Part shown: positions 23,487 to 35,228 of the stretch, piece after piece
Layout: each line of letters opens with the position of its first letter
Position numbering within the stretch: the first letter of the stretch is position 1
Source: a gamma proteobacterium SCGC AAA168-P09
GTDB lineage: Bacteria > Pseudomonadota > Gammaproteobacteria > Magnimaribacterales > D2472
Reading direction: 5' to 3'
DNA: 64,000 bases
NCBI GenBank assembly: GCA_000385055.1
Contig: ARRL01000004.1
Location: 30,004-94,003 of the forward strand
Position numbers and translations under genes: made by a program
Notes under the pieces: generated by a model
Told to the model about the DNA's origin: nothing
The model's input: the letters and a program-made list of their open reading frames with translations, nothing else
The model's database searches: none

Positions 23487-26254
23487 CAATTAATTATAGG
23501 GATACGTTAAATCTACCTGAAACCGAACTTTCCATGAAAGCCGGATTGCCAAAAAAAGAACCAGAAATAATAAATTTTTGGAATGATATTGATATTTATA
23601 GAAGAATAAGAGAGTTAAGAAAAGACGAGGATAGTTTTATTCTTCATGATGGTCCTCCATATGCAAATGGATCAATTCATCTTGGACATTCAGTTAATAA
23701 AATTCTTAAAGACATAACTATAAAATCAAAAACCTTGTTAGGGAAAAACGCACCTTATATTCCTGGTTGGGATTGCCATGGACTGCCCATAGAACTTAAC
23801 GTAGAAAAAAAACATGGGAAAAGAAGTGAGCTTGTTCAAGATAAAGGAAAGTTTCAAAAGGCTTGCAAAGAATATGCATCGACGCAAATCGAAAATCAGA
23901 AGAAAGATTTTATTAGACTTGGTGTGTTTGGAGAGTGGGATAATCCATATAAAAGCCTGGACTCATCTTTCGAAGCAGATGCTGTTCGGGCATTAGGAAA
24001 AATTTATAATGGAGGACATCTTCAAAAAGGTGAGAAGCCTGTTCATTGGTGTCAGGATTGTCGTTCCTCTCTTGCTGAAGCAGAGGTTGAATATCAAGAT
24101 AAAGTTTCAAAATCTATTGATGTAGCTTTCAAGACTGATAATGAAAGTTTAAAAGAATTAAAAAATATTTTTAGTTTCCAAGGTAGCGAATCCATAGCTT
24201 TTATTATTTGGACAACAACTCCATGGACAATTCCATCCAATGTAGCGGTTTGCATCAATCCAGAGCTAGATTACTCTCTTATCCAAATTAAAAATTCATA
24301 CTACGTTATAGCTGACTTAATGTTTGAGTCATGTATTGAAAGATGGGGTGTGGATGCTGTAAAAGTTTCAACTACCAAAGGCAAGAATCTTAAAAATATT
24401 GAATTCTTTCATCCATTCCTGGATAGAAAATCAACACTTCTTCACGCTGATCATGTAACAACTGATGCTGGAACTGGGTGTGTTCATACAGCACCAGCGC
24501 ATGGGATGGATGACTTTATTATTTGTAAAAAAAATAATATCGAAACATTTAAAGCATTAGATAGTAATGGCTTATTTAAAGGAGAAATTGATTTCATTGC
24601 TGGACTGCCTCCACTTAAGGCTGATCAATTAGTTATTGAAAAACTTGATGAAAAAAAAGTATTAATTAATTGCAATGATTACCATCACTCTTATCCTCAT
24701 TGTTGGCGACATAAAACACCTTTAGTATTTACTTCAACAGCTCAATGGTTTATTTCAATGAACCAAGAAAATTTACTAAATAAAGCTCTAGATAGTATTA
24801 CTAACGTTCAATGGGAGCCATCATGGGGTCTTCAAAGAATAGAAGGCATGTTAACCAATAGACCTGATTGGTGCATATCAAGACAAAGAAACTGGGGCAT
24901 TCCTTTAACTTTAGTTATACATAAAGAAACCGGAGAAATACATCCAGAGCAAAATGAGCTTTTTGAAAAATTTGCAGATGCAATCGAAAAAAATGGAATT
25001 TCAGAATGGGACAAACTAGATTTAAGTGATTATATTGATGATGCTTCTAAATATATAAAAACTCTAGATACCTTGGACGTTTGGTTTGATTCAGGAGTAA
25101 CTCATTCTACTGTCTCTGAAAAAAGATTTTCTAAGGGTGTTGTTGCAGATCTTTATTTAGAGGGCTCCGATCAGCATAGAGGATGGTTTCAATCATCACT
25201 GCTAACAAGCATAGCTATGAATGGAAGAGCTCCATATAAAGCTGTTCTTACCCATGGTTTTGTAGTTGATGAAAACGGAAGAAAACAATCTAAATCTTTG
25301 GGTAATGTTGTATCACCTCAAAAAGTATGGGATAGCTTGGGTGCAGACATATTAAGGTTGTGGGTAGCGTCAACAGATTTTAGAAGTGAAATGGTTGCAT
25401 CAGATGAAATTCTTAAAAGGGTATCAGATCAGTACAGAAGAATCAGAAATACCTTTAGGTTCATTCTTGGTAATTTAAATGATTTTAATCAAACAGAAAA
25501 AACTATATTTGATGAACAAATAGAGCTTGATAAATGGATTATCCTAGAAGCTCAAAAATTAGAAGATGATGTTATTAAATATTATGAAACATATTCTTAT
25601 CACAATGTTGTTCAGAGAATACATAATTTTTGTGTTAATGAATTGGGCGGAATCTATTTAGATATTGTAAAAGATCGTCTTTACACATGTAAGAATGATT
25701 CCTTGGCAAGAAAATCATGCCAAACAAGCCTTGATTATGTTTTAAACGTTATGGTTAGATTAATTGCCCCTATTTTATCTTTCACTTCAGAAGAATTATG
25801 GCAAACGCATAAAAGTTTAAAAAATCAGGAAGATTCAGTATTTCTATCATTGTATTTACAAGAATTAACCAATCAATCACAGATAATCAAGGACACTGAT
25901 TGGAAAAGAATTTTTGAAATTAAAGATTTAGTCAACCAGTCTATTGAAGGGCTGAGAAATGAAAATAAGTTAAAGGGATCTCTTGATGCTAATGTCATAA
26001 TTTCTGCTAATAAAGAAGATAAGGCTATTTTAGATAAGCTAGGTGATGAGCTTCATTTTGTCTTTATTTCTTCAAAAGCATCTGTAAAAGTTGGGGTGAC
26101 ATTAGAAATTTCAATTGATCACATCAATGAAGAGAAATGTACAAGATGCTGGCATAAAGATAGTTCGGTTGGAGAAAGTCAATCTCATCCTGAAATCTGT
26201 TCAAGGTGCGAAGAGAATATAGATTCAGATGGAGAAGTAAGATATTTTGTTTAA
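23483..26254 (+). CDS. ileS: Isoleucine--tRNA ligase
   Basis: 923 aa. Class I 'PYANGSIHLGH', 'KQSKSLGN' (KMSKS) and a C-terminal Zn finger 'CTRCW...CSRC'. Confidence 0.98.
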   Translation: MTINYRDTLNLPETELSMKAGLPKKEPEIINFWNDIDIYRRIRELRKDEDSFILHDGPPYANGSIHLGHSVNKILKDITIKSKTLLGKNAPYIPGWDCHGLPIELNVEKKHGKRSELVQDKGKFQKACKEYASTQIENQKKDFIRLGVFGEWDNPYKSLDSSFEADAVRALGKIYNGGHLQKGEKPVHWCQDCRSSLAEAEVEYQDKVSKSIDVAFKTDNESLKELKNIFSFQGSESIAFIIWTTTPWTIPSNVAVCINPELDYSLIQIKNSYYVIADLMFESCIERWGVDAVKVSTTKGKNLKNIEFFHPFLDRKSTLLHADHVTTDAGTGCVHTAPAHGMDDFIICKKNNIETFKALDSNGLFKGEIDFIAGLPPLKADQLVIEKLDEKKVLINCNDYHHSYPHCWRHKTPLVFTSTAQWFISMNQENLLNKALDSITNVQWEPSWGLQRIEGMLTNRPDWCISRQRNWGIPLTLVIHKETGEIHPEQNELFEKFADAIEKNGISEWDKLDLSDYIDDASKYIKTLDTLDVWFDSGVTHSTVSEKRFSKGVVADLYLEGSDQHRGWFQSSLLTSIAMNGRAPYKAVLTHGFVVDENGRKQSKSLGNVVSPQKVWDSLGADILRLWVASTDFRSEMVASDEILKRVSDQYRRIRNTFRFILGNLNDFNQTEKTIFDEQIELDKWIILEAQKLEDDVIKYYETYSYHNVVQRIHNFCVNELGGIYLDIVKDRLYTCKNDSLARKSCQTSLDYVLNVMVRLIAPILSFTSEELWQTHKSLKNQEDSVFLSLYLQELTNQSQIIKDTDWKRIFEIKDLVNQSIEGLRNENKLKGSLDANVIISANKEDKAILDKLGDELHFVFISSKASVKVGVTLEISIDHINEEKCTRCWHKDSSVGESQSHPEICSRCEENIDSDGEVRYFV

Positions 26255-26720
26255 AAATAAATATTATCTATGTATATTAATTTTTTTATTATTTGATATT
26301 TTAACAAAGCAGCTTGCATTAATTTATCTTAATGAATTTGAATCAAAAAGCTTTATACCTTTTATAGATCTATATTTAACATATAACTCTGGTATTGCTT
26401 TTGGATTTTTAGACCTTGGCCATAGATTATTATCAAATTTATTAACTATTGTTGGTATTTGTATCGTTATATATATATTTATGCTCTTAAATAAAGAGAG
26501 TGAAAGTTCTAAAAAGTTAGCCTTATCTATGATAATTGGAGGAGCCTTGGGAAATATATTTGATAGAATCCCCGACGGATACGTAACAGATTTTTTTCAT
26601 TTAAAAACCAATGAATTTTCTTTCTTTATTTTTAACCCTGCAGATGCATTTATAACTATTGGAGCAGTTATTTTAATTTATTTAGAATTATTCAAAAGGG
26701 ATCATGTTAGTAAAAGTTAA
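26247..26720 (+). CDS. lspA: Lipoprotein signal peptidase (signal peptidase II)
   Basis: 157 aa, 4 TM segments, with 'NSGIAFG', 'GGALGNIFDR' and 'VTDF'. TTG start overlaps the ileS stop. Confidence 0.9.
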   Translation: MFKNKYYLCILIFLLFDILTKQLALIYLNEFESKSFIPFIDLYLTYNSGIAFGFLDLGHRLLSNLLTIVGICIVIYIFMLLNKESESSKKLALSMIIGGALGNIFDRIPDGYVTDFFHLKTNEFSFFIFNPADAFITIGAVILIYLELFKRDHVSKS

Positions 26721-27651
26721 AGAAATTAAGCTTGCAAACCCAAGAGGCTTTTGTGCAGGTGTAGATAGAGCTATAGATATTGTAAATAGAGCTCTTGAAA
26801 TTTATGGAAGTCCAGTTTATGTGAAACATGAGGTAGTGCACAATAAATTTGTTGTAGAGGATCTTAAAAAAAGAGGGGCAATTTTTGTAGAAGAAATTAA
26901 TCAAATTCCTGATGGCTCTCTTGTAGTTTTTAGTGCTCATGGTGTCTCAAATCAGGTTGAGGAGGATACAAAATCAAGAAACCTTCAATACTTTGATGCT
27001 ACCTGTCCTCTTGTAACTAAAGTCCATATGGAAGTAATTAGACATGCAAGATCAGAAAAAGATATTATCTTAATAGGTCATGAAGGTCACCCTGAAGTCG
27101 AAGGTACAATGGGCAGACATATCAATACAGATTTCAGCAATATATATTTAGTTCAAGATGATAAGGAAGCTGCTGAAATCGAAGTCTCAAAGCCATATGA
27201 ATTAGCATTAGTTACTCAGACTACTTTAAGTGTTGATGATACTAAGTCTATTATTAATATCTTAAAATCAAGATTTCCTAATATCAAAGTGCCAAAAAAT
27301 GATGATATATGTTATGCAACACAAAATAGACAAGATGCTGTAAAGCAACTGGCATTAGAATCTGACTATATGATTGTTGTTGGATCTGTTAATAGTTCAA
27401 ATTCGAATAGATTGAAAGAGCTTGCAGAGAAGTGTGGATGTAAGGCAGTGCTAATAGATGAATTTGATGAACTAAATCTTGACGACCTAGAAGGTTGTAA
27501 AACAATATCAATTACCGCTGGAGCATCTGCGCCAGAAGCAAGAGTTCAAGAGATCGCGAATGCTCTTAAAGAATATACCGGAGCAAACATTAATGAAAAT
27601 GGAGAAGATAAAGAAAGTATATTTTTTAAACTGCCTCCTTTATTAAGATAA
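26704..27651 (+). CDS. ispH: 4-hydroxy-3-methylbut-2-enyl diphosphate reductase
   Basis: 'PRGFCAGVDRAI', 'SAHGVS', 'DATCPLVTKVH' and 'ICYATQNRQ'. Confidence 0.95.
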   Translation: MLVKVKEIKLANPRGFCAGVDRAIDIVNRALEIYGSPVYVKHEVVHNKFVVEDLKKRGAIFVEEINQIPDGSLVVFSAHGVSNQVEEDTKSRNLQYFDATCPLVTKVHMEVIRHARSEKDIILIGHEGHPEVEGTMGRHINTDFSNIYLVQDDKEAAEIEVSKPYELALVTQTTLSVDDTKSIINILKSRFPNIKVPKNDDICYATQNRQDAVKQLALESDYMIVVGSVNSSNSNRLKELAEKCGCKAVLIDEFDELNLDDLEGCKTISITAGASAPEARVQEIANALKEYTGANINENGEDKESIFFKLPPLLR

Positions 27652-28191
27652 ATGGAAGTTAAAAATAACAGACTTCAAGGTATTAAATTCTTAGAGTCAC
27701 CTAACTTTAATGATAGGCCAAAAGGATCTGATATAAGTTTATTAGTGATACATTCAATAAGCTTGCCACCAAAAACATATAATACAAATCATATTGAAAA
27801 GTTCTTTTTAAATGAATTAGATTTTTCTTTGCATAATTTTTATAAAGAGTTACAAGACATTAAAGTCTCTTCCCATATTCTTATAAAAAGAAGTGGAGAG
27901 GTTATTCAATTTGTTCCCTTTAATAAGCGTGCTTGGCATGCTGGAGTTTCCTCATTTAAAGGTAAAGGTGATTGTAATAATTTTTCAATAGGGATTGAGT
28001 TGGAAGGAAGTGATGATGATATTTTTGAAGATATTCAGTATGACCAACTATCTCTTGTAACCTCATCATTAATTAAAGAGTATGCTTTAATTAATAAAGA
28101 TAATATAAAAGGACATTCCGATATTGCTCCCGGTAGAAAAACCGATCCAGGAAAAATGTTTGATTGGAATAGATATTTAAACAATGTATAA
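27652..28191 (+). CDS. ampD: 1,6-anhydro-N-acetylmuramyl-L-alanine amidase AmpD
   Basis: 'AWHAGVSSFKGKGDCNNFSIGIELEG' and 'GHSDIAPGRKTDPG'. Confidence 0.9.
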   Translation: MEVKNNRLQGIKFLESPNFNDRPKGSDISLLVIHSISLPPKTYNTNHIEKFFLNELDFSLHNFYKELQDIKVSSHILIKRSGEVIQFVPFNKRAWHAGVSSFKGKGDCNNFSIGIELEGSDDDIFEDIQYDQLSLVTSSLIKEYALINKDNIKGHSDIAPGRKTDPGKMFDWNRYLNNV

Positions 28192-29440
28192 CTTTAAAAA
28201 AATGTTTGTGATGCTTTTTTTAGGTTTTGGCTCTGGCTTGCCATATATACTCTTAATAAGCACCTCTACGGCATGGCTAAGAGATGTAAATATTGATTTA
28301 AGTTCTATTGGTTTTTTTACTTGGATAACTTTTTCATACACTTTTAAATTCATCTGGGCACCTATAGTAGATAGATTTCCAGTACCTATTTTAGCCAAGT
28401 ATGGTCATAGAAAAAGCTGGATAGCTTTTATGCAAATGCTTATCTTCGGAAGTTTATTGCTTATTTCAAATATTAACCCAGTTGAAAACTTTATCTTGTT
28501 TTGTATTGTTGGAGTGACTATTGCACTTGCAGGATCAATTCAAGACATTGCTATTGATGCTTTTAGGATAGAGTATGCGCACATTAATGATCAAGGTAAT
28601 TTAGCTGCTGCGTATCAGCTTGGTTATCGACTAGCAATAATTGCAGCGACATCATTAGCTTTAATTTTTGCTGATATGAATGGTTGGTCTATGACATTTA
28701 AGTTAATGGCTGGGTTGATGTGTCTTGGTTTTATCGGAGTTATATTTTCTAAAGAGGAAAAAAATTCAGAGCTTGGAAAATTAAATTTCATCAATTCTAT
28801 AGTCGAACCTTTAAAAGATTTCTTCTCTCGCTTTGGCATGTTTATGGCATCAATAATCTTACTGATTATTGCTACATACAGACTAACAGATATAGTTATG
28901 GGCCCCATGGCTACTCCTTTTTACATAGATATGGGTTTTACACTTACTGAGATAGGTGCAGTTGTAAAGGTAATTGCATTAGCTGCTTCTATATTTGGCA
29001 TTTTTCTTGGAGGCATTTTAATTAAAAAATTAAAGATATTTAAATCACTTGTTATTGGAGCATTTCTTGTAATGATTACAAATATTTTATTTGCATATGT
29101 TGCGGTATCAGATAAAAGCATAAGCTCTTTAGCAACAATCGTAGCTATGGACAGTCTAGCTGCAGGAATTGTTGGTACGGTCAATATCGCATTCCTTACA
29201 AGCCTTGTATCTAAAAAATATACAGGATTTCAATATGCTTTATTGACAGGGTTTATGGCAGGACCTGGATTTGCTCTTAAGGGCTTATCTGGAGTATGGG
29301 TTAATTACCTTCAAGAAATTTTTGGCTTTGAGCATGGATGGATGGGCTTTTATATAACAACATCTATGTTAACTATCCCCTCTATAATTTTATTACTCAC
29401 CTATAAAAAATTTCTAACTAAGCATGAAAAAACTTTATAG
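28184..29440 (+). CDS. ampG: Muropeptide (anhydromuropeptide) permease AmpG, MFS family
   Basis: 418 aa MFS protein with 'LGFGSGLPY...STAWLRD' and 'WAPIVDR...GHRKSW'. It overlaps the ampD stop by 8 nt. Confidence 0.85.
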   Translation: MYNFKKMFVMLFLGFGSGLPYILLISTSTAWLRDVNIDLSSIGFFTWITFSYTFKFIWAPIVDRFPVPILAKYGHRKSWIAFMQMLIFGSLLLISNINPVENFILFCIVGVTIALAGSIQDIAIDAFRIEYAHINDQGNLAAAYQLGYRLAIIAATSLALIFADMNGWSMTFKLMAGLMCLGFIGVIFSKEEKNSELGKLNFINSIVEPLKDFFSRFGMFMASIILLIIATYRLTDIVMGPMATPFYIDMGFTLTEIGAVVKVIALAASIFGIFLGGILIKKLKIFKSLVIGAFLVMITNILFAYVAVSDKSISSLATIVAMDSLAAGIVGTVNIAFLTSLVSKKYTGFQYALLTGFMAGPGFALKGLSGVWVNYLQEIFGFEHGWMGFYITTSMLTIPSIILLLTYKKFLTKHEKTL

Positions 29441-29762
29441 AATAATCTTCTTCTTTTCTTTATTATTGATATTTTATTTTAGTGTTGTTCCAGCATCATC
29501 AATACCCAACATTGCTGCTTTATCTTTTGTATCAGATAAGATTATTCATGCTTTAATTTTTTTATATCTTTCATATGTGGGGCTAAATTCTTATTTCAAC
29601 CTCCCTAAATTATTACTACTAGGACTTATATTTATATTTGGGTTAGCTATTGAAATTATTCATTTCTACCATCCGTATAGGTTTTTTGAAGTAGCTGATT
29701 TGATATCTAACTTAAGTGGTATTTTACTTGCACTTTATATTTTTAATAAAAAAACTAACTAA
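29424..29762 (+). CDS. VanZ-like small membrane protein
   Basis: 112 aa, 4 TM segments. 'DKIIHALIFLYL' and 'DLISNLSGILLA' resemble VanZ family motifs. Confidence 0.5.
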   Translation: MKKLYRIIFFFSLLLIFYFSVVPASSIPNIAALSFVSDKIIHALIFLYLSYVGLNSYFNLPKLLLLGLIFIFGLAIEIIHFYHPYRFFEVADLISNLSGILLALYIFNKKTN

Positions 29763-29851
29763 GCTATTGATTTCTTTTTTTTAGACCTTAACTAGGGTGT
29801 AAGTTAGGAATCTAACATTAAATTCATTTAATTATTTAATAGGAGATAAAA

Positions 29852-30139
29852 ATGAAACTAAGACCTTTACATGACAAAGTTCTAGTTAAAAGAACTGAAG
29901 AAGAGGAGACATCATCTGGTGGTATTATTCTCTCAGGATCAGCTAAAGAAAAACCTTCACAAGGTGAAGTTATCTCAGTTGGACCTGGTAAAAAAAATGA
30001 TTCAGGAGAAGTTACTCCAGTAAATTTAAAAGCAGGAGATGTCGTACTATTTGGTCAGTACGCAGGAAATGAAGTGAAACTCGAAGGCGAAGATTATCTG
30101 ATCATGAGTGAAAGTGATATTTTCGGTGTTATTGAATAA
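29852..30139 (+). CDS. groES: Co-chaperonin GroES
   Basis: 'MKLRPLHDKVLVKR...SGGIIL...GDVVLF'. Confidence 0.97.
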   Translation: MKLRPLHDKVLVKRTEEEETSSGGIILSGSAKEKPSQGEVISVGPGKKNDSGEVTPVNLKAGDVVLFGQYAGNEVKLEGEDYLIMSESDIFGVIE

Positions 30140-30151
30140 AAACTATATTAA

Positions 30152-31813
<1,662 letters not shown>

Positions 31814-31837
31814 TTTAATTTCTGTTTAGAAATAAAA

Positions 31838-31863
31838 ATGGGGCTTTATGCCCCATCTTTATT
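31838..31863 (+). terminator. Rho-independent terminator candidate after groEL
   Basis: Stem ATGGGGC / GCCCCAT with loop TTTAT, followed by a T-rich CTTTATT. Confidence 0.6.
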
Positions 31864-31918
31864 AGATTTACAGCTAAATTTCATTTAAGATAACCAAAGC
31901 ATACTTATAAGGAGAAAC

Positions 31919-32539
31919 ATGGATATTTTAACTGACCAATCTTTTTTCAGGGCTTTTCATATTCTTTTTGGGATTACTTGGATAGGCTTACTATATTACT
32001 TTAATTTTATTCAAGGAGAGTATGTAAAGGTAGCGGACCCTGATGCAAAAGCTGATGTATTTAAAAAATTAGCACCAAATGCTTTATGGTGGTTTAGATG
32101 GGCTGCTTTATTTACTTTTTTAACCGGAGTAATTCTTCTTTATCAAATTCATGTAAGAATTGGTACTGAAATCATTCTCGGTGCAGTAATGGGCACTTTG
32201 ATGATGTTAAATGTATGGGGCATTATTTGGAGAAATCAAAAAATTGTTTTAGGTATGAAGGATGGAGATGCAGCATTAGCTGGAGCTAAAGCCGGTCTAG
32301 CATCAAGAACTAATACACTTTTTTCAGTTCCAATGCTTATGTATATGGTTTACTCAGTTCATGGAGCTGGAGTTGATATAAGTACAAATGCAGTTTTGAT
32401 AGGGTTGGCAATAATATTTCTTATTGAAGCAAATGCAATTTGGGGCAAAATGCTTCCAGTTATAGCTTCCGTAAGAGCCGTCATTACATCATCATTTGTT
32501 TTGGCTGTAGTTCTCAAAATTATTACTGATAATATTTAA
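31919..32539 (+). CDS. Hypothetical polytopic membrane protein (N-terminal His-x6-W-x-G-x3-Y-F motif reminiscent of the HemJ/PuuD/CopD-type helical bundle)
   Basis: 206 aa and about 6 TM segments, with 'FHILFGITWIGLLYYFNF'. Good SD (AAGGAGA). Terminators flank it on both sides. Confidence 0.55.
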   Translation: MDILTDQSFFRAFHILFGITWIGLLYYFNFIQGEYVKVADPDAKADVFKKLAPNALWWFRWAALFTFLTGVILLYQIHVRIGTEIILGAVMGTLMMLNVWGIIWRNQKIVLGMKDGDAALAGAKAGLASRTNTLFSVPMLMYMVYSVHGAGVDISTNAVLIGLAIIFLIEANAIWGKMLPVIASVRAVITSSFVLAVVLKIITDNI

Positions 32540-32550
32540 TATTTTAAATT

Positions 32551-32582
32551 TAAAGGAGAGATAGTGCGTCTCTCCTTTTTTA
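32551..32582 (+). terminator. Rho-independent terminator
   Basis: Stem AAAGGAGAGA / TCTCTCCTTT with loop TAGTGCG, followed by a T-run. Confidence 0.8.
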
Positions 32583-32631
32583 TTTCAGTATAATTCTTTA
32601 AAATATGCACATATCAAATTAAGGAAATAAA

Positions 32632-33216
32632 ATGCCTAACAAACCTAGTAAAGAAGAAGCTTTAAATGCTGTAAGGACTTTAATCTCATGGGCAGGTGAT
32701 GATCCTGACAGAGAGGGTCTTATTGAGACACCCGATAGAGTGGTAAGGTCTTATAACGAATTCTTTTCCGGATATGGTGAAGACCCTGAAAAAGTTCTAG
32801 GTAAAACTTTTGAAGAAGTTGAGGGGTATGATGAAGTTGTCATTGTAAGAAATATTAGAGTTGAATCTCATTGCGAACATCACATGGTTCCTATAGTTGG
32901 TGTTGCCCATGTAGGCTATATTCCTAACAAAAGAGTTGTTGGTATTAGCAAGCTTGCAAGAGTAGTAGATATTTTTGGGAAACGTCTTCAAACGCAAGAA
33001 ACAATGACAGCATTAATAGCAGACACTATTAATAGAGTTCTTGAGCCTAAAGGTGTTGCTGTAGTTATAGACGCAAACCATGAGTGCATGTCTACGAGGG
33101 GAATTCATAAAACAGAATCTAGCACCATAACAAGTAGAATGCTTGGAAGTTTTAGGGATAATATAGAAACTAGAGCTGAGTTTATGAATCTTATAAACTC
33201 CCCTAAGCAGTTTTAG
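32632..33216 (+). CDS. folE: GTP cyclohydrolase I (FolE type)
   Basis: 'GLIETPDRV', '[12 protein letters not shown]' and 'RLQTQE'. Confidence 0.95.
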   Translation: MPNKPSKEEALNAVRTLISWAGDDPDREGLIETPDRVVRSYNEFFSGYGEDPEKVLGKTFEEVEGYDEVVIVRNIRVESHCEHHMVPIVGVAHVGYIPNKRVVGISKLARVVDIFGKRLQTQETMTALIADTINRVLEPKGVAVVIDANHECMSTRGIHKTESSTITSRMLGSFRDNIETRAEFMNLINSPKQF

Positions 33217-33237
33217 AATTTTCTAGGAGCTGGTTTT

Positions 33238-33852
33238 ATGCCAAGCATTTATCCAAACACTCCAATTATTTTAGCCTCTGGATCTCATAGCAGACGAGTG
33301 ATGCTTGAAGATGCAGGTATTCATTTTGAAGTTATTTCTTCACATGTTGACGAAGATTTATTAAAAAAAGAAATGGATGGGCTTCCGTTTGAAGACCAAG
33401 TGATATCATTGGCAGCTGCTAAGGCATCTGAGGTAAGTATTAATAATCCCAATCATCTTGTGATTGGGGGAGATCAGATGTGTATTTTTCAAAACAAGGT
33501 CTTTGATAAACCCGGTTCAAAAGACAAAGCTATTGAAAATTTAAAACTATTATCAGGGACTACCCATTATCAATATAGCGGAGTATGTTTGTATCAAGAT
33601 GGGGTTTCTTTATGGAATTATTGTGAAATTGTAGAACTTAACATGCACTCTTTAACAGACAAGGAAATTGTTAATTATGTTAAAGCAGAGAACCCAATAA
33701 ATGCTGCAGGCGCATATAAATTTGAATCGCTTGGTTGTAACTTGTTTTCATCAGTAAATGGTTCCTCATATACAATCAGGGGTATGCCTTTATTACCACT
33801 ATTGAAAACTCTTAGGGAAATGAAAATAATAAGCTTAGAAAACATAGAATGA
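33238..33852 (+). CDS. maf: Maf-like nucleoside triphosphate pyrophosphatase
   Basis: 'IILASGSHSRRVML...F' and 'GGDQM', with the Maf family 'AGAY' near the C-terminus. Confidence 0.8.
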   Translation: MPSIYPNTPIILASGSHSRRVMLEDAGIHFEVISSHVDEDLLKKEMDGLPFEDQVISLAAAKASEVSINNPNHLVIGGDQMCIFQNKVFDKPGSKDKAIENLKLLSGTTHYQYSGVCLYQDGVSLWNYCEIVELNMHSLTDKEIVNYVKAENPINAAGAYKFESLGCNLFSSVNGSSYTIRGMPLLPLLKTLREMKIISLENIE

Positions 33853-35228
33853 AAATCTTTAATTCATACACAGGTAAAAAAGAAGATTTCACTCCATTAG
33901 ATCCAAACCATGTAAAAATCTATGCATGTGGGCCTACAGTATATAACTATGCTCATATTGGTAATGCAAGAATGGCAGTTGTTTTTGATACACTGGTGAG
34001 AGTTTTAAGACTCATCTATCCAAAAGTAACTTACGTATCAAATATAACAGATATTGATGACAAGATAATTGATGCCGCTAACCAGCTAGATGTTCCTATA
34101 GAGCAAATAACTCAAAAATATACGGACATCTATAATGAAGATATGTTGAAACTTTTGGTAAAATCTCCAGATATTCAACCAAAAGCAACTGAATATATAC
34201 CTGAAATGATAGAGCTTATTGAAGATCTCATTTCTAAAGATCATGCATATGAAAAAGATGGACACGTCTTATTTCATGTACCATCGTATGAAAATTACGG
34301 GAAGCTTTCTAAAAGGAATCGTGATGAACAAATTGCTGGAAGTAGAGTTGAAATAGCACCATTTAAAAAAGATCCTGCTGATTTTGTTTTATGGAAGCCA
34401 AGCAACCAGATGCAGCCAGGTTGGGATTCTCCATGGGGGTTTGGAAGACCGGGCTGGCATACAGAATGTTCAGCCATGTCAGAAAAAACATTAGGATTAC
34501 CTTTTGACATCCATGGCGGCGGCAGAGACTTAACCTTCCCACATCATGAAAATGAAATTGCGCAAAGCTGTTGTTCTTCAGCTAACATCAACGACCCAAA
34601 ATCTTATGTTAACTATTGGATGCACAACGGTTTTGTAACTGTTCATGGTGAAAAAATGTCTAAATCTTTAGGCAATATTTCTTTAGTTAAAGATTTAACA
34701 AAAAATAATCATGGTGAAGTTATTAGATTATCACTTCTTTCTTCTCACTACAGACAGGCGCTGGATTGGAATGATAACGTTGTTCATCAAGCAAAAAAGC
34801 TTTTAGATAAGTTATATAAAATACTCGCTGAGATTAAAGATGTCCAGGCATCTAAAATAAATGAGTCGTCACTCGAATTTATATCACCTTTATTAGATGA
34901 TCTAAATACTCCGGGCTTATTTGCTAATCTCAATAAAATGATTAAAGATTTTAGTTCTATTTCTGATGATGATTTGCCTGAATTTAAGTCTAAGATGCTC
35001 CTAGCAAATGATCTGATAGGTATCTGTCAAGAAAATTATTTAGATTGGTTTTCTTATGATGATAAAAATATTGATACTCAAAAAATTGATAGGCTTATTT
35101 TAGAAAGACTTGATGCAAAGAAAAATAAAGATTTTGAAAAAGCGGATGCTATAAGGAAGAAATTATTAGATATGGGTATTGAAATTAAAGATACAAAATC
35201 TGGATCTGATTGGAATCTAAAATCATGA
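33849..35228 (+). CDS. cysS: Cysteine--tRNA ligase
   Basis: 'CGPTVYNYAHIGNAR', 'GWHTECS' and 'KMSKSLGN'. Confidence 0.97.
   Translation: MKIFNSYTGKKEDFTPLDPNHVKIYACGPTVYNYAHIGNARMAVVFDTLVRVLRLIYPKVTYVSNITDIDDKIIDAANQLDVPIEQITQKYTDIYNEDMLKLLVKSPDIQPKATEYIPEMIELIEDLISKDHAYEKDGHVLFHVPSYENYGKLSKRNRDEQIAGSRVEIAPFKKDPADFVLWKPSNQMQPGWDSPWGFGRPGWHTECSAMSEKTLGLPFDIHGGGRDLTFPHHENEIAQSCCSSANINDPKSYVNYWMHNGFVTVHGEKMSKSLGNISLVKDLTKNNHGEVIRLSLLSSHYRQALDWNDNVVHQAKKLLDKLYKILAEIKDVQASKINESSLEFISPLLDDLNTPGLFANLNKMIKDFSSISDDDLPEFKSKMLLANDLIGICQENYLDWFSYDDKNIDTQKIDRLILERLDAKKNKDFEKADAIRKKLLDMGIEIKDTKSGSDWNLKS

Noticed and set aside
29767-29794. Possible sigma-32 heat-shock promoter upstream of groES (TTGATT - 13 nt - CCTTAACTA).
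   Set aside because: It resembles CTTGAAA/CCCCATNT only partially: 4 of 7 and about 5 of 7 informative positions. That is plausible but too weak to call without a TSS or comparative data.
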